From: Octopus sinensis
Taxonomy: Eukaryota
Assembly: GCF_006345805.1 (NCBI RefSeq)
Contig: NW_021834488.1
Span: forward strand, 1-47,716
Length of the DNA stretch: 47,716 nucleotides
Direction of reading: 5' to 3'
Under the pieces are notes generated by a model. That model saw only the letters and a list, made by a program, of their open reading frames with translations, was not told the DNA's origin and did not search any database. Within the stretch, counting starts at the first letter, position 1; each line of letters begins with the position of its first letter. Of the stretch, positions 23,974 to 35,544 are shown piece by piece. The position numbers were made by a program, and so were the translations under genes.

Positions 23974-24684
23974 ATATATATATATATATATATATATAGT
24001 GATTGAGGGATTCCGAGTTTTGCAATTTGGTTTTTCTTTAGCCTATTAATTAAAAAAGTGTAAATAAAATAGGTGCTGCTTAATTGTATTTCGAACGTAT
24101 CTTGTGGGGCATTCGACTAAACTGCACCTTACAACAACTGCACGTTGCCCGCACCAGCAATTATTTAAAAGTGAATCTATCTATGCATACAAACATGCAT
24201 ACATACATACATACATACATACATACATACATACATACATACATACATACATACATACATACACCTGCTCTGCAAATGCTAACGTTTTTTAGAAAATTAA
24301 TAAGAAAGAGAATATTTAGGAGCAACTACTTCGAAAGATACAGCTTCTCTACCCAACTTATAAATTCACATGTACATGTATTATTGGCACACTTGGCTTT
24401 GTTAATAAATGCTTGAGTGGCAATCTCGAAAATGTCAATTTTTCTGGCAAAATAAATGATAAAAAAAGTCTAATCGTTGTTGACACTTATATTCCAGAGA
24501 TGGGTCGGTGTATCTTTGTGAGAAGATTGTCGGCCCCAGTATGATAAAAGGCAAATTTGACCTCGCATTGACATAGAGCCGTGTTGATTTTTGCGCAAAA
24601 GATCTCCAATTGGTTTGAATCGACGCACTCGTACGCTTCACTGATACTTATTATATTATTAACAATCCTGAAAACAAGAGTTGA

Positions 24685-25410
24685 CATCGGCGGAGCTTAA
24701 ACTCAGAATGCAAAGTGTTGTAACTAAATACCATTAAGCATTTTGTCCGACGCACTAAGGATTTTGCTAATCTGCAAAATACTGATTTCTAATACAAACA
24801 CAAGGTTGATATACGCAGGATGAGTATGATCAATTAATTCTACCCATTAATTGACTTATATTTGTTGTATCGACCACAGAATGATGAAGGGCAAAGTTTA
24901 ATGTTCGCGGGGCTTGAGCCTAGAATGTAAAGTAGCGAAATCAATAGTGTAAAAATTGTATCTGACGCGCAAACTATTAAGTTAATCTACTCTACTTGAA
25001 CAGTGTAAAATATCCATTTTTCACATCAGAATGTCTCAAATTTAGGGACTACTGAGTATAAATTAGTATATCGATCAGCACTTTATTGAAACTAATTTTA
25101 AAGGTGCTGAGAAATCTGAAAGGCAAAGTTGTTTGTAGAGGAATTTGAACTCAGAAACAAAACAACTGGATTTAAATACCATATAAATTTTTGTTCGATG
25201 CTCTACTGATGCAGCAAATCTACTGTTAAGATTAGTATTGGTTTCAAATTTGGAACAAGGACAGCGATTTCAACTGGGGTTTATTTCCCAGAAAGGATGA
25301 CAGGCAAAGTCGAATTCGACGGAATTTGATCTCAGAACGTAGCGATGGACGAAATGCCTCTAAGTATTTAGTCCATCGTGCTAACTATTATGCCAGCTCG
25401 CTCCCTTATT
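24685..25410 (-). mobile_element. Head-to-tail cluster of about four decayed family A SINE copies
   Basis: Repeated GGCAAAGT...GGA(A/G)(T/C)TT(G/A)A..TCAGAA...AAATACC..TAAGCATTTTGTCC units. Confidence 0.65.
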
Positions 25411-26184
25411 GTTAATATTGGTTTCATATTTTGGCATACATGGAAGGAAATATGTACTTCAGTGTGGCCGTGGATTGACAAAACAGCTAGTCCGTCGGAC
25501 AAAATACCAACGGTATTTAGAGAAAGGTTTTTACGTTCTGTGTTCAAATCCTGCCATACCAACCATTTAGTAATAAAACATATTCAGGTTCATTGTCTCA
25601 TTACATTGCAGATATTGGATAAGTAGTATGAACTACGTCTACAAAACGATTTCAACACCCAATAGTAGCCTTCCTATTTCATCGACAGATACAATATTTA
25701 GAAGAACTTTAATAGACGTAACATTAAACTGTCGCATTCCTCCTTCTACATTTGAGACAGTGTGCCTCAGTAAAAAAATAAGTAACAGGATGAAATTTAA
25801 GAAGGCTTCTATTGGAAAAATTCGTTCTTAACGTGATTGAAGAATTAAGTGTTAAAACGGTAATCAGAAAAATATGTCACGTCAAATTCTATTCTTTCAA
25901 ATGCTGCTGTGAGCGCTACATTATGTGTACAACGTGGAAAACATTTCAAACGATTCGGATATAAAGTTCGTAAGACATAACCCGCGAGCCATACATCTCC
26001 TACAAAACATTAAGCTCTCATCCCATAACAACATTTTAATACAAATGGGATTTCAAAGACTACCTCATTGTGGGGCTATTAAGTTAAACAAGGCCTGGAC
26101 CAATAATGACCAAAACTTAACTGAACAACACACATGCACGCGCACACATACATACACACATATTTATATACTTAAACATATAAA

Positions 26185-26235
<51 letters not shown>

Positions 26236-26253
26236 GTGTATTTATATATATGC

Positions 26254-26287
<34 letters not shown>

Positions 26288-26289
<2 letters not shown>

Positions 26290-26647
26290 TCTTTACTCTT
26301 TTACTCTTTTACTTGTTTCAGTCATTTGACTGCGACCATGCTGGAGCACCACCTTTTTAGTCGAGCAAATCGACCCCGGGACTTATTCTTTGTAAGCCCA
26401 GTACTTATTCTATCGGTCTCTTTTGCCGAACCGCTAAGTGACGGGGATGTAAACACACCAGCATGCTAGGGGGACAAACACAGACACACAAACACACACA
26501 TACATATATATATATATACAAAAATTCGACGGGCTTCTTTTCAGTTTCCGTCTACCAAATCCACTCACAAGGCATTGGTCGGCCCGGGGCTATAGCAGAA
26601 GACACTTGCCCAAGATGCCACGCAGTGGGACTGAACCCGGAACCACA
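26288..26647 (-). mobile_element. Near-complete SINE family C with internal microsatellite
   Basis: tRNA-like head, CORE-like TTGGGCAAGTGTCTT, internal (TA)n(TG)n and 3' (GTAAAAGA)-like repeat tail. Confidence 0.85.
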
Positions 26648-26994
26648 TATATATATATATATATATATGTATGTATATGTATATATGTATGTATCTATAT
26701 ATGCACACACATACACACATATTTTGTGTGTGGTGTGTATGTACGTATGTATATACGTACACACATGCACAAACATACGTGCACATACATTCCATAAATA
26801 GATTTGAAATCTGGCTACAGTCTTGAAAGCAATGTTTCTTAATATTTTCTCTAAAAAAAAGAACACACAAATAGCAGAATTTTAGAGTAACGGGCTTTCT
26901 CTGTTTACTCTCTTTTTTCTACAAAGTATTTCAATGGAAACCATTTCCTTTTTTTATTTTTGTTTCTTATAAACCCGATAATATAGATAGTGGA

Positions 26995-27128
26995 TTCAAA
27001 TTTTGGTACAAGGTCAACAATTTCGATAGGGGTGGTGGAAGTCGATTACATCGACCCCAGCGCTCAACAAGTATTTATTTTATCGATGCCGGAAGGACGA
27101 AAAGCAACATCGACCTCGGCGGAATTTA
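26995..27128 (-). mobile_element. SINE family A fragment
   Basis: AAGTCGATTACATCGACCCCAG...CGACCTCGGCGGAATTT. Confidence 0.75.
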
Positions 27129-27212
27129 CACGATAATATTAGATATTTTAAACATATAAATACCAAACAAAATAACCAAATTTGATGCTTGCAAAATTCT
27201 ATTGACAAACTG

Positions 27213-28274
27213 TTAAGGGACATTTTGCTTTGAATTGAAAAAAATCATAAAACAAACACAGAAACTCACACTATCCAGTTCTCTCGTTCTTACCGGACCC
27301 TGAGGTTCCATTAGTACAGACTTTCTACATTCCACAAAAAGTTGATGTTCTGAAGTTGTCAGTATTGGTCCATCCATAATACTTCCCGTTGGTTGTAATG
27401 TTTCTGTAAAAGGGATTTCCAACGTTGATGGTACATCCAGAACTCCCAATGTTCTTTCCCCAGTAGTTTCCAAACATTCGACTAATGACAAAACGGCAGA
27501 TTCAGTAGTTAACGATTCTTCCGGTACTTGATGAGTTAAGTCGTCCCGTTGGTCATAGGAATTTTCCTCGGTCATAGATTCTGGAAATTCTTGCGTCATT
27601 GAATTTGCTTCTGTAAGGTCATCTAAAGATCCAATTGTTTCCATGTCTTCTAAGAAAGTTTCTGATACTGAAATCGTAGGATCGGTCGGTTCCATCAATT
27701 CTTCTGAAATGGACAATGCAAGTTCTTTATCTTCCGTATTACACGCTTCTTCGTCATTTTCTGAAGGTTCAAGATCATTATCCGGACAGTCTGGACATAC
27801 TGGATATTCCGGGCATTCCGGGCATTCCGAGCATTCAGGGCATTCAGGGCATTCGGGGCACTCAGGGCATTCGGTGCATTCCATTGTAGTTGAGTTCAAA
27901 GGGCTCGTTTCTTCTAGTGATTCCGATGATTTCGAACCCAAACTTGGGCGACTTGGTGATTTAGGTGTTGGACAAAATTCCGATTCCATCGAACCCAAAC
28001 TTGGGCGATTTGGTGATTTAGGTGTTGGACAAAATTCCGATTCCATCGAACCCAAACTTGGGCGATTTGGTGATTTAGGTGTTGGACAAAATTCCGATTC
28101 CATCGAACCCAAACTTGGGCGATTTGGTGATTTAGGTGTTGGACAAAATTCCGATTCCATCGAACCCAAACTTGGGCGATTTGGTGATGTAGGTGTTGGA
28201 CAAAATTCCGATTCCATCGAACCCAAACTTGGGCGATTTGGTGATTTAGGTGTTGGACAAAATTCCGATTCCAT
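27213..28274 (-). CDS. 353-aa acidic low-complexity ORF with 6x19-aa repeats and CPE repeats; probably exon 1 of a spliced gene (donor likely after 27270)
   Basis: About 1 kb open in a stop-rich genome, about 600 nt of it non-repetitive; codon third-position variation in the CPE repeat; in-frame GTGAGT donor at 27269-27264 where protein composition changes. No recognisable family. Confidence 0.65.
   Translation of the reverse strand: MESEFCPTPKSPNRPSLGSMESEFCPTPTSPNRPSLGSMESEFCPTPKSPNRPSLGSMESEFCPTPKSPNRPSLGSMESEFCPTPKSPNRPSLGSMESEFCPTPKSPSRPSLGSKSSESLEETSPLNSTTMECTECPECPECPECPECSECPECPEYPVCPDCPDNDLEPSENDEEACNTEDKELALSISEELMEPTDPTISVSETFLEDMETIGSLDDLTEANSMTQEFPESMTEENSYDQRDDLTHQVPEESLTTESAVLSLVECLETTGERTLGVLDVPSTLEIPFTETLQPTGSIMDGPILTTSEHQLFVECRKSVLMEPQGPVRTRELDSVSFCVCFMIFFNSKQNVP
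27781..27883 (-). repeat. 9-bp coding repeat (Cys-Pro-Glu)n
   Basis: About 11 degenerate units encoding MECTECPECPECPECPECSECPECPEYPVCPDCPD. Confidence 0.9.
27933..28274 (-). repeat. 57-bp coding minisatellite, 6 copies
   Basis: Unit ATGGAATCGGAATTTTGTCCAACACCTAAATCACCAAATCGCCCAAGTTTGGGTTCG, nearly identical copies. Confidence 0.97.
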
Positions 28275-28533
28275 CGTTAGAGATTATCGCTTATTATGTT
28301 AAATTAAATTATTGTTGTTTTTAATCTACTTTTTTGCCCTTTGTCCCTTGATAAAATTTGTCGAGTTTTCGCAGTTAATTCAGAAGTGTCGCCCCGACAG
28401 ATATGCTAACGATTATCTAAATTAGGAACGGAGTACAGGAGCCGCAGTCAATGTGCGCTGACTGTCGGCCACGACTGACAACCGCACATGGTGTACCTAC
28501 CTATTTCGGTGTATGTAGATGTGTAGCTAAGTT

Positions 28534-28570
<37 letters not shown>

Positions 28571-29034
28571 CTGTATATATATCTGTAAATGTGAGTAGGT
28601 ATGTGTACGTATATGCAGGTATGTGTCAGACTAACTGGGTATAATATATAAGTATGTATATGTATGTATATATGTGTGTGGCGGTTGTGTGTGGATGGAT
28701 GTGTGTATGTTTGTACTTACGAATGCATATCTCAAATGTATTTATTATATGTTATGACTGTACGGATAAACGGATTTCTGAATGTGTATATTTTTGAACG
28801 TAGATGTCCAGTAGCTGAGTAAGTTTGTCACAGAGCGAAACGTTTAAACATTTAGGGAGAGGGTATGCAAACGAATGATTGAGTAAATATATATCACAAT
28901 AAGTAAGACTGGCGTTTGAAGCATTGCAGAACGTAGTCGAACTAATGATCCACAACACCGTCATATACACCTGCCAACAGTTTACTTACTTTGTAGATAG
29001 AAAGATAGAAAGATAGATAGATAAATAGAAAGAT

Positions 29035-29099
<65 letters not shown>

Positions 29100-29276
29100 C
29101 AAGCGCTGACTGACTGGACACTACAGATGGTTACTGACAGAAGTCTACTGACCAAAGCTGTAGTTGTAGTTGTAGTTGTAGTTGTAGTTGTAGTGGTGAT
29201 GGTGGTGATGATGGTCGAGGCGGTTAGTGTGTAGTGGTCACAGTGGTGGCAATAAACTTGGTGCACTTGACATTAA

Positions 29277-29288
29277 CAAAATGGCGGC
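29277..29288 (+). promoter_or_regulatory. YY1-like motif CAAAATGGCGGC
   Basis: Matches the YY1/Pho consensus, in a small CpG-containing island about 1 kb upstream of the minus-strand ORF. Confidence 0.3.
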
Positions 29289-29381
29289 GATGACATATTG
29301 GAAATTAGCACCGATTAATTACGGCGAAAGTGGAAGCGGAGGGGGGGGCGAGGTATTTAACTACACATTCTCATCAATTAC

Positions 29382-29419
<38 letters not shown>

Positions 29420-29749
29420 GAAGAAGAAGAAGAAAAGAAGAAGAAGAAGAAGAAGAAGAAGAAGAAGAAGAAGAAGAAGAATTTCTTTATTAACCACAAA
29501 AGGTTTACATTGAGAAAAACATGGATAGTACAGGACAAAATAAAGAGAGAGAGAGAGAGAGAGAGAGTGTGTGTGTGTGTGTGTGCATGTGTGTGTGTGT
29601 GTACGTGTGTGTGCGTGTGGTTGTGAGTGTGTTGTTGTTGTTGTTGGTGTTTTATGTGTAAACAGGATTACCATAATGGAAAAGAAATACAACGACAATG
29701 TGTAATCCTCAACAGGGACGAGACGTTCGGTAATAATAAATAATACTTT

Positions 29750-29952
29750 CTACTATAGGCACAAGGCCTGAAATTTTCAGGGGAGGAGTAAGTCAGTTAC
29801 ATTGATCCAAGTGCTTAGCTAGTATGATATTTAAACGCCCTCGAAAAAAAAAAGATATGCAAAGTCGACCTCGGCGGAATTTAGATTCAGAACATAAAAA
29901 CGGAAGAAATGCTGCTAAGCTTTTTTGAGCAGGAATCTGTCCGCTCGCTGCC
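29750..29952 (-). mobile_element. Decayed SINE family A
   Basis: GCAAAGTCGACCTCGGCGGAATTT...CAGAAC...GAAATGCTGCTAAGC. Confidence 0.7.
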
Positions 29953-29955
29953 TAA

Positions 29956-30021
<66 letters not shown>

Positions 30022-30024
<3 letters not shown>

Positions 30025-30540
30025 AGACCGAACCATCAAGGCCAATAAACCAGATATTGTTGTGAAAGACCAAAACAAAAAAGTTTGCTTATTGATCGAC
30101 ATGAGCATCCCCTGTGATCATAATATCTCAGCGAAAGAGTTTGACAAGCTCAGAAAATATAAAGACCTACTCATTGAAATTGAGAAAATGTGGCATCTCA
30201 AGGCGGTTACAATACCAGTGATCGTAGGAGCACTAGGAATGATCAAGAAGGGAACCGAAAATTATATGAGAATGATCCCTGGCTTACCATCCCTGCAAGA
30301 AGTGCAAAAGATTGTCTTAACTGGCACATCACACGTATTGAGAAGAGCATTGTCGATGTGAGAATTGTTGCTGCTCATATATTTTAATTTAACTTTAAAA
30401 AAAAAACATTTTTTTAAAATGAACGAACTATTGAGTTTGGTTTAATGGCCTACCAATGTATACTATGAGTTTCTTTGCCCTAGGAGCCGGGAAGACACTC
30501 GGCAAGAAATGGAAGCAAATTTGAAAGAAGAAAAACAAAG
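30022..30540 (+). mobile_element. 5'-truncated R4/Dong-like RLE LINE inserted in (TAA)n
   Basis: Open frame TDRTIKANKPDIVVKD..CLLIDMSIP..EFDKLRKYKDL..PVIVGALG..VQKIVLTGT..LRRAL* (PD..D restriction-like endonuclease), then a 3' UTR; (TAA)n on both sides. Confidence 0.9.
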
Positions 30541-30560
30541 TAATAATAATAATAATAATA

Positions 30561-30745
30561 ATTGGTGCACTAGGAAGTATCAGTACTCAACTACCAGCAT
30601 AGCTGAAAAAGATTGGTGTGAGTTTGAAGGTAGAACACCGACAAAAATTACCATTGCTTGGAACTGCAATAATGCTTCGCAGGGTTCTTGAAGCTGGCGA
30701 CAGCTGACACTTTCCATCATACCCAGCAAAATCAGCTGTGAGTCT
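30561..30745 (+). mobile_element. Second, older R4/Dong-like 3' fragment
   Basis: IGALGSIS...QKLPLLGTAIMLRRVLE with an internal stop. Confidence 0.75.
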
Positions 30746-30821
30746 TCATATAAAAATAGTGATATCTATTTTTTTTCTTTTTCAAAGGGGTATCAGTTAT
30801 GGAGGGAATATTCTTTTCTTC

Positions 30822-31024
30822 TCTAGGCAGCAGGCCCGAAAATTGGGGGAGGGGACAGTCAATTAGATGTACTTCAGTAGGCAACTGGTACTTAATTCGA
30901 CCTCGGCGGAATTTGACTGGTACTTAAGTCGGCCTCGGCGGAATTTGAACTCAGAACGTAAAGACAAACGAAATACCGCTAAACATTTCGCCCGAATTGC
31001 TAACGTTTCTGCAAGCTCGCCGCC
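30822..31024 (-). mobile_element. SINE family A with internal deletion and duplication
   Basis: ACTGGTACTTAA..CCTCGGCGGAATTTGA occurs twice, followed by the head. Confidence 0.8.
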
Positions 31025-31144
31025 TTTTTAGGATAGGGAATATTACAACAGTTTATAGTATGAGTGGATGACTTACATAAAAGATGAGAGAAAGAGAGAA
31101 GAGGGGTGGAAGAAGCAAAAATATAAATATTATCAAAATATGTA

Positions 31145-31415
31145 AACACATCTTTGATGAAGTCCTCCTGGTAGAGGGGAACCTCCAGTTAGAGCCAGTC
31201 AGGAAACCTCACAGATCCAGAGTTACTCTGACCAACAAGAGTACTAGCCTTCGCCCAGTTGTTCATCAATCTACAGAGACATGTTCAGTGTAGGTCCATC
31301 CACTCTAACCATATCTGTCGCAATCACCCACCTTTTGACAAATTCATTGAGAAAGAGACCTCCCATTACTACCCTTACTTTCTTTCCAACTGGAACTTTA
31401 AAAAGTTGTTGATAT
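31145..31415 (-). mobile_element. Probable decayed L1/Tx1-like ORF2 C-terminus and 3' UTR
   Basis: Minus strand NFLKFQLER/KVRVV..NEFVKRWV..MVRVDGPTLNMSL*; resemblance judged by eye. Confidence 0.35.
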
Positions 31416-32738
31416 ATTATTCCTAGAAAATATTCTTTTTGATGTATATATAATAACTGGAATTTTAATTAATTAAAAAATGATGTGACGGGAACGCCTT
31501 TCATAATATATCTAAATAGCAACCACAACAATAGCATGAGTTCATACTTATTGAATGCTACGTTTTCATAAAAGGAAGTCAACGCTAAAATATACTGTTA
31601 AAATACTGTCCAATTTACTGGATAGTTGGTATTTATTTCGTAGCAAATTATCGAGAATATTAACGCCGTCAGTATACTGGGTATGTTGTAATACTAATAT
31701 AATCAATATTAGTAAGGAATAGCTATGTAGTCGATGTATTCAACATAAAAGGCATTGCTATCTAATCAATATTTTATAGGTATATTGACCGCGAAAAACA
31801 ATTAGCGTTTGTTTAAAGCACATATAGAATAATGTATAGAATAATATATATAATAATAATACATAGAATAATAATCAATTGTAAACAATGTTATACAATA
31901 GTATTGATATATAATTATGGCGGTACTATGAAGCTTACGTAACATACTTGTTGAATCAGTTCCACAATTCGGCCTCGTTTTCAAAGGCCTCAGCCATTTC
32001 ACAAGCACCGTTCATTCCCCTGAGTACTGAACGAAATTCATAATTCATCCTTTTCTTCCCTATTTTCCATGCATCATGATCAATTAATGAAGCATTTACG
32101 AAGCTGTTACATTTTCTTGGCAAATAAACAATTATAAATATTCTCAAGTTATATATATTAATTAATTATTAGCAAGGCAACGAAATTATAAGAAGCATCA
32201 AAGAAAATTATGTGAAGCTCATGACATTTTAATGAGTTCTAATATCTGTATATGAAGAGATTTATTTTCAATTGGTAAACTTGTGCTAGCTCTTAAACTA
32301 ATCTTTACGAATACTGAGATTATTCTCTTCAATTCAATAGCTATCAACAGATCAATACTGGTGCATTGAACTGGATTGGGTCCAAGTAGGTACATGGTTT
32401 CGCATCTTAGGTGAAGAATGAAAAGTTTTTATGATAATGGTAAAGAAGAAAAGTAACAATCCAGAGAAGAGCTCTACCTGAAATGTTAGAAATTACTTCT
32501 GCTGACGACACACGAATGAATGCGCTGGCATTCATTATATTGTAACAATGTTGTTAGCGATGTACGTAAAGTGCAATGATGAGAAAATTCAATAAAAATC
32601 AGCTTACAGCCAATTCACTGCAGGTTTCCATGTACGTATAGATGTGTGTGTGTGTGTATGCATATATGCAAATGTATGTATGCATATATACATGATGTAT
32701 ATCTGTATGTATATATATTCTGTAAGTTATGATAATAA

Positions 32739-32875
32739 TATTTATTAGCTTAAAGCTTATAAGCGATCAACCTGTATTGACTTCAGAAAATAGTTAAGTA
32801 TTGTATACCCCGATACTAGACTATTTCCTTTAGTCAGTAAACGGTGACCGCTTATAAGCATTAAGCTTATAAATA
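32739..32875. mobile_element. Short foldback MITE-like palindrome
   Basis: TATTTATTAGCTTAAAGCTTATAAGCGATCA versus TGACCGCTTATAAGCATTAAGCTTATAAATA; imperfect pairing continues to the centre near 32806. Confidence 0.7.
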
Positions 32876-32934
32876 ATATGAAAATTTATAGAATAGTCAC
32901 TCGTCACCGCTTCTCAATTTATCGCAGAAAACGC

Positions 32935-33007
<73 letters not shown>

Positions 33008-33017
33008 TATATATATT

Positions 33018-33051
<34 letters not shown>

Positions 33052-33409
33052 TGCATACACACGCACACACACACACACACACGCACACAAAGAAACAAAC
33101 AACTAACACTATAGGCTGCTGAATTAGCCAGTCTAATTAACTGGAATACTTTTTCGGAGAAATCTGTTTAGCAGATGATACGCAGACGTGTTTCTAGGTT
33201 AATTTTCCCAGATTTATTTGATCCGCTTTAACCTGACACCGCTGATCTACCCACCTACATCATCTTACATAGATACTTTGCTTTATATGCGCTCAAATCT
33301 CCCACCTCTTGCTATTTTCTAAACTCCTCCTCCTTATAGAACTGCTTTCTCACCCGGCTCCTAACCTTTTTCTTCCCTCCTATTCACCACCTTTCTCTTT
33401 CTTCTTCCT

Positions 33410-33446
33410 TTTTCTGACGAATGACTCTATATCCGAAACGTCAAGG
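33410..33446 (+). ncRNA. Minimal hammerhead motif with weakened stems
   Basis: UUUU-CUGACGA-A-UGA(cucuaua)UCC-GAAA-CG-UC-AAGG; core intact with GUC site. Confidence 0.45.
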
Positions 33447-33638
33447 CCCTTTTCCTTTTCCTTTTGCTTTTCAAGCATAAAGATAATAACACCTCTTTGG
33501 AAGCTTATCCCTCTTGCATTCTTATTTTTGCTCATTGATCATTCATACATGTATACATGCATATATACATACATACATATATACATACATATATTTATTT
33601 ATGTATGTATGTATGTACGTATAGATATGTGCATATAC

Positions 33639-33713
<75 letters not shown>

Positions 33714-33714
<1 letters not shown>

Positions 33715-33860
33715 CGAGATTCCACACAGTTTCCGTGTATCAATTTCATCAACGAGGCATTTGTCGGCCCGGGGCAGCAGTAGAACACACTCAAGGTGCT
33801 ACGCAGTGGCACTGAATCTAAGACAACCTGTCTGCAAAGCGAGCTTCTAAACTACAGAAT
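33714..33860 (-). mobile_element. SINE family C 5' fragment (decayed)
   Basis: CAGTTTCCGT...GTCGGCCCGGGGC...ACGCAGTGGCACTGAA. Confidence 0.65.
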
Positions 33861-34006
33861 TATATCTGTGGGCGGGAGGAGATGTGTGTCGTTGTGTATG
33901 AATGGGTGAATGTACCTGTGTAGGTGTGTTTAAGCGTACGTCTATATGTAAACAAGGTTGCAACTGGAAAAAGTTGTTGTTTTTATTGTTATTTAGTAAA
34001 AGGTAA

Positions 34007-34200
34007 AGCGGCGAACTGGCGGAATCGTTCGCACGTCGGACTGAGTGCTGAACGGTATTTAATCAGTTTTTACGTTCTAAGTTCAAATGGCACCCTGATG
34101 GGGTCGATAAGACAAGAGCTATTTAAGCATTGGAGGTCGATGTAATTGCCTAATCTCTCCCCACGAAATTCCAGGCCTTGAGCCTATGGGTAGAAAGGAT
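34007..34200 (+). mobile_element. Decayed SINE family A
   Basis: GCGGCGAACTGGCGGAATCGTT head...GGGGTCGATAA...GGTCGATGTAAT. Confidence 0.65.
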
Positions 34201-34279
34201 TATGTAGCAACAGGTGGTTACGGCATTCTAACCATGACCAACTCGTCTTTTTACTTATGCGGAGATAATCTAGTAACGA

Positions 34280-34495
34280 ATGTGTAGTGGCTAGCGATTC
34301 CTGGCCGGCGTCACGTTATGTCCTTGAACAAGACACTATTTTGCATTGTTCCAGTCCACTCAGCTGGCAAAAATGAGTAGTACCTGTATTTCAAAGGGTC
34401 AGCCTTGTCACACACTGTGTCATGCTGAATCTCCCTGAGAACTACGTTAAGGTTACACGTGTCTGTGGAATGCTCAGCCACTTGCACGTTAATCT
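34280..34495 (+). mobile_element. SINE family B, third tail type
   Basis: TGTCCTTGAACAAGACACT...CCAGTCCACTCAGCTGGCAAAAATGAGTAGTACC... Confidence 0.75.
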
Positions 34496-35054
34496 TACTA
34501 GATTATCTCACGTTTCTTTTTTAAGACGACGATAGACTGTAACCTGAAATCAAAGATCTGACTGTTATTTCTAACATATCGAACGACCACACAGAGGCTC
34601 GTTTTTCGTTTGTTTTATTTTTATGACGTAAATATAAGACCTTTTAAAAGAAATAGGAGTGACGCGTATACAGAGGCATGATGGGGGCGATGTACTGAAG
34701 AAAATACCTCGACACAAGAAAGGCGTGTAAAATACGTATATTTAGACTCTTTGAAGTAGTTTTATAATGATTTATAATGATTGTCTAGAAATACTTTGTC
34801 CTCTCATGCTTGCTTTTATCGCATTTTTTCTTTCTTTATTTTGTTTCCTACAACTCTTTGTTTTCTATTTTACCTACGAACTTTTATACCTGTGTTTTTC
34901 GTTTAGTTTTTCTCTTTTTTTTCTTTCCTTCATATGTATATTTAGTTTACCAACTTTTTTTTGTGACGTTTTCAATTAATTTTTTTTTTTTTACTTTCAT
35001 GATTTCACTCCAGTTGTTTTTGTCGCCTTCGTTGTCGCTATTGCTGCTCGTGTC

Positions 35055-35061
35055 TACTTCT

Positions 35062-35096
<35 letters not shown>

Positions 35097-35113
35097 TTCA
35101 TCTTCTTCTTCTT

Positions 35114-35178
<65 letters not shown>

Positions 35179-35311
35179 TATTATTATGCTTCTGCTTCTT
35201 CTTCTTCTCCTGCTGCTTCTTCTTCTTCTTCTTCTCCTTCTTCTTCTTCTTCTTCTTCTTCTTCTTCTTCTTCTTCTTCTCATTATTATTATTTTTTTAT
35301 TGTTATTATTA

Positions 35312-35362
<51 letters not shown>

Positions 35363-35482
35363 TATTATTATGCTTCTGCTTCTTCTTCTTCTCCGCTGCT
35401 TCTTCTTCTTCTTCTTCTCCTTCTTCTTCTTCTTCTTCTTCTTCTTCTTCTTCCCTTCTTCTTCCTTCATCTTCTTCTTCTT

Positions 35483-35544
<62 letters not shown>

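Noticed and set aside
21691-25830. Fleeting resemblance of island peptides to TOG/HEAT-repeat proteins
   Set aside because: Matches were short, on inconsistent strands and frames, and cannot be supported without a search.
27933-28274. CRISPR-like regular repeat array
   Set aside because: Units are contiguous 57-bp copies with no unique spacers, in frame within an ORF, in eukaryotic context with no cas genes.
27643-28302. 219-aa plus-strand ORF
   Set aside because: Antisense shadow of the repeats in the longer minus-strand ORF.
29909-30361. 150-aa host gene with poly-Asn
   Set aside because: Chimera of a SINE end, (AAT)n and a LINE endonuclease fragment.
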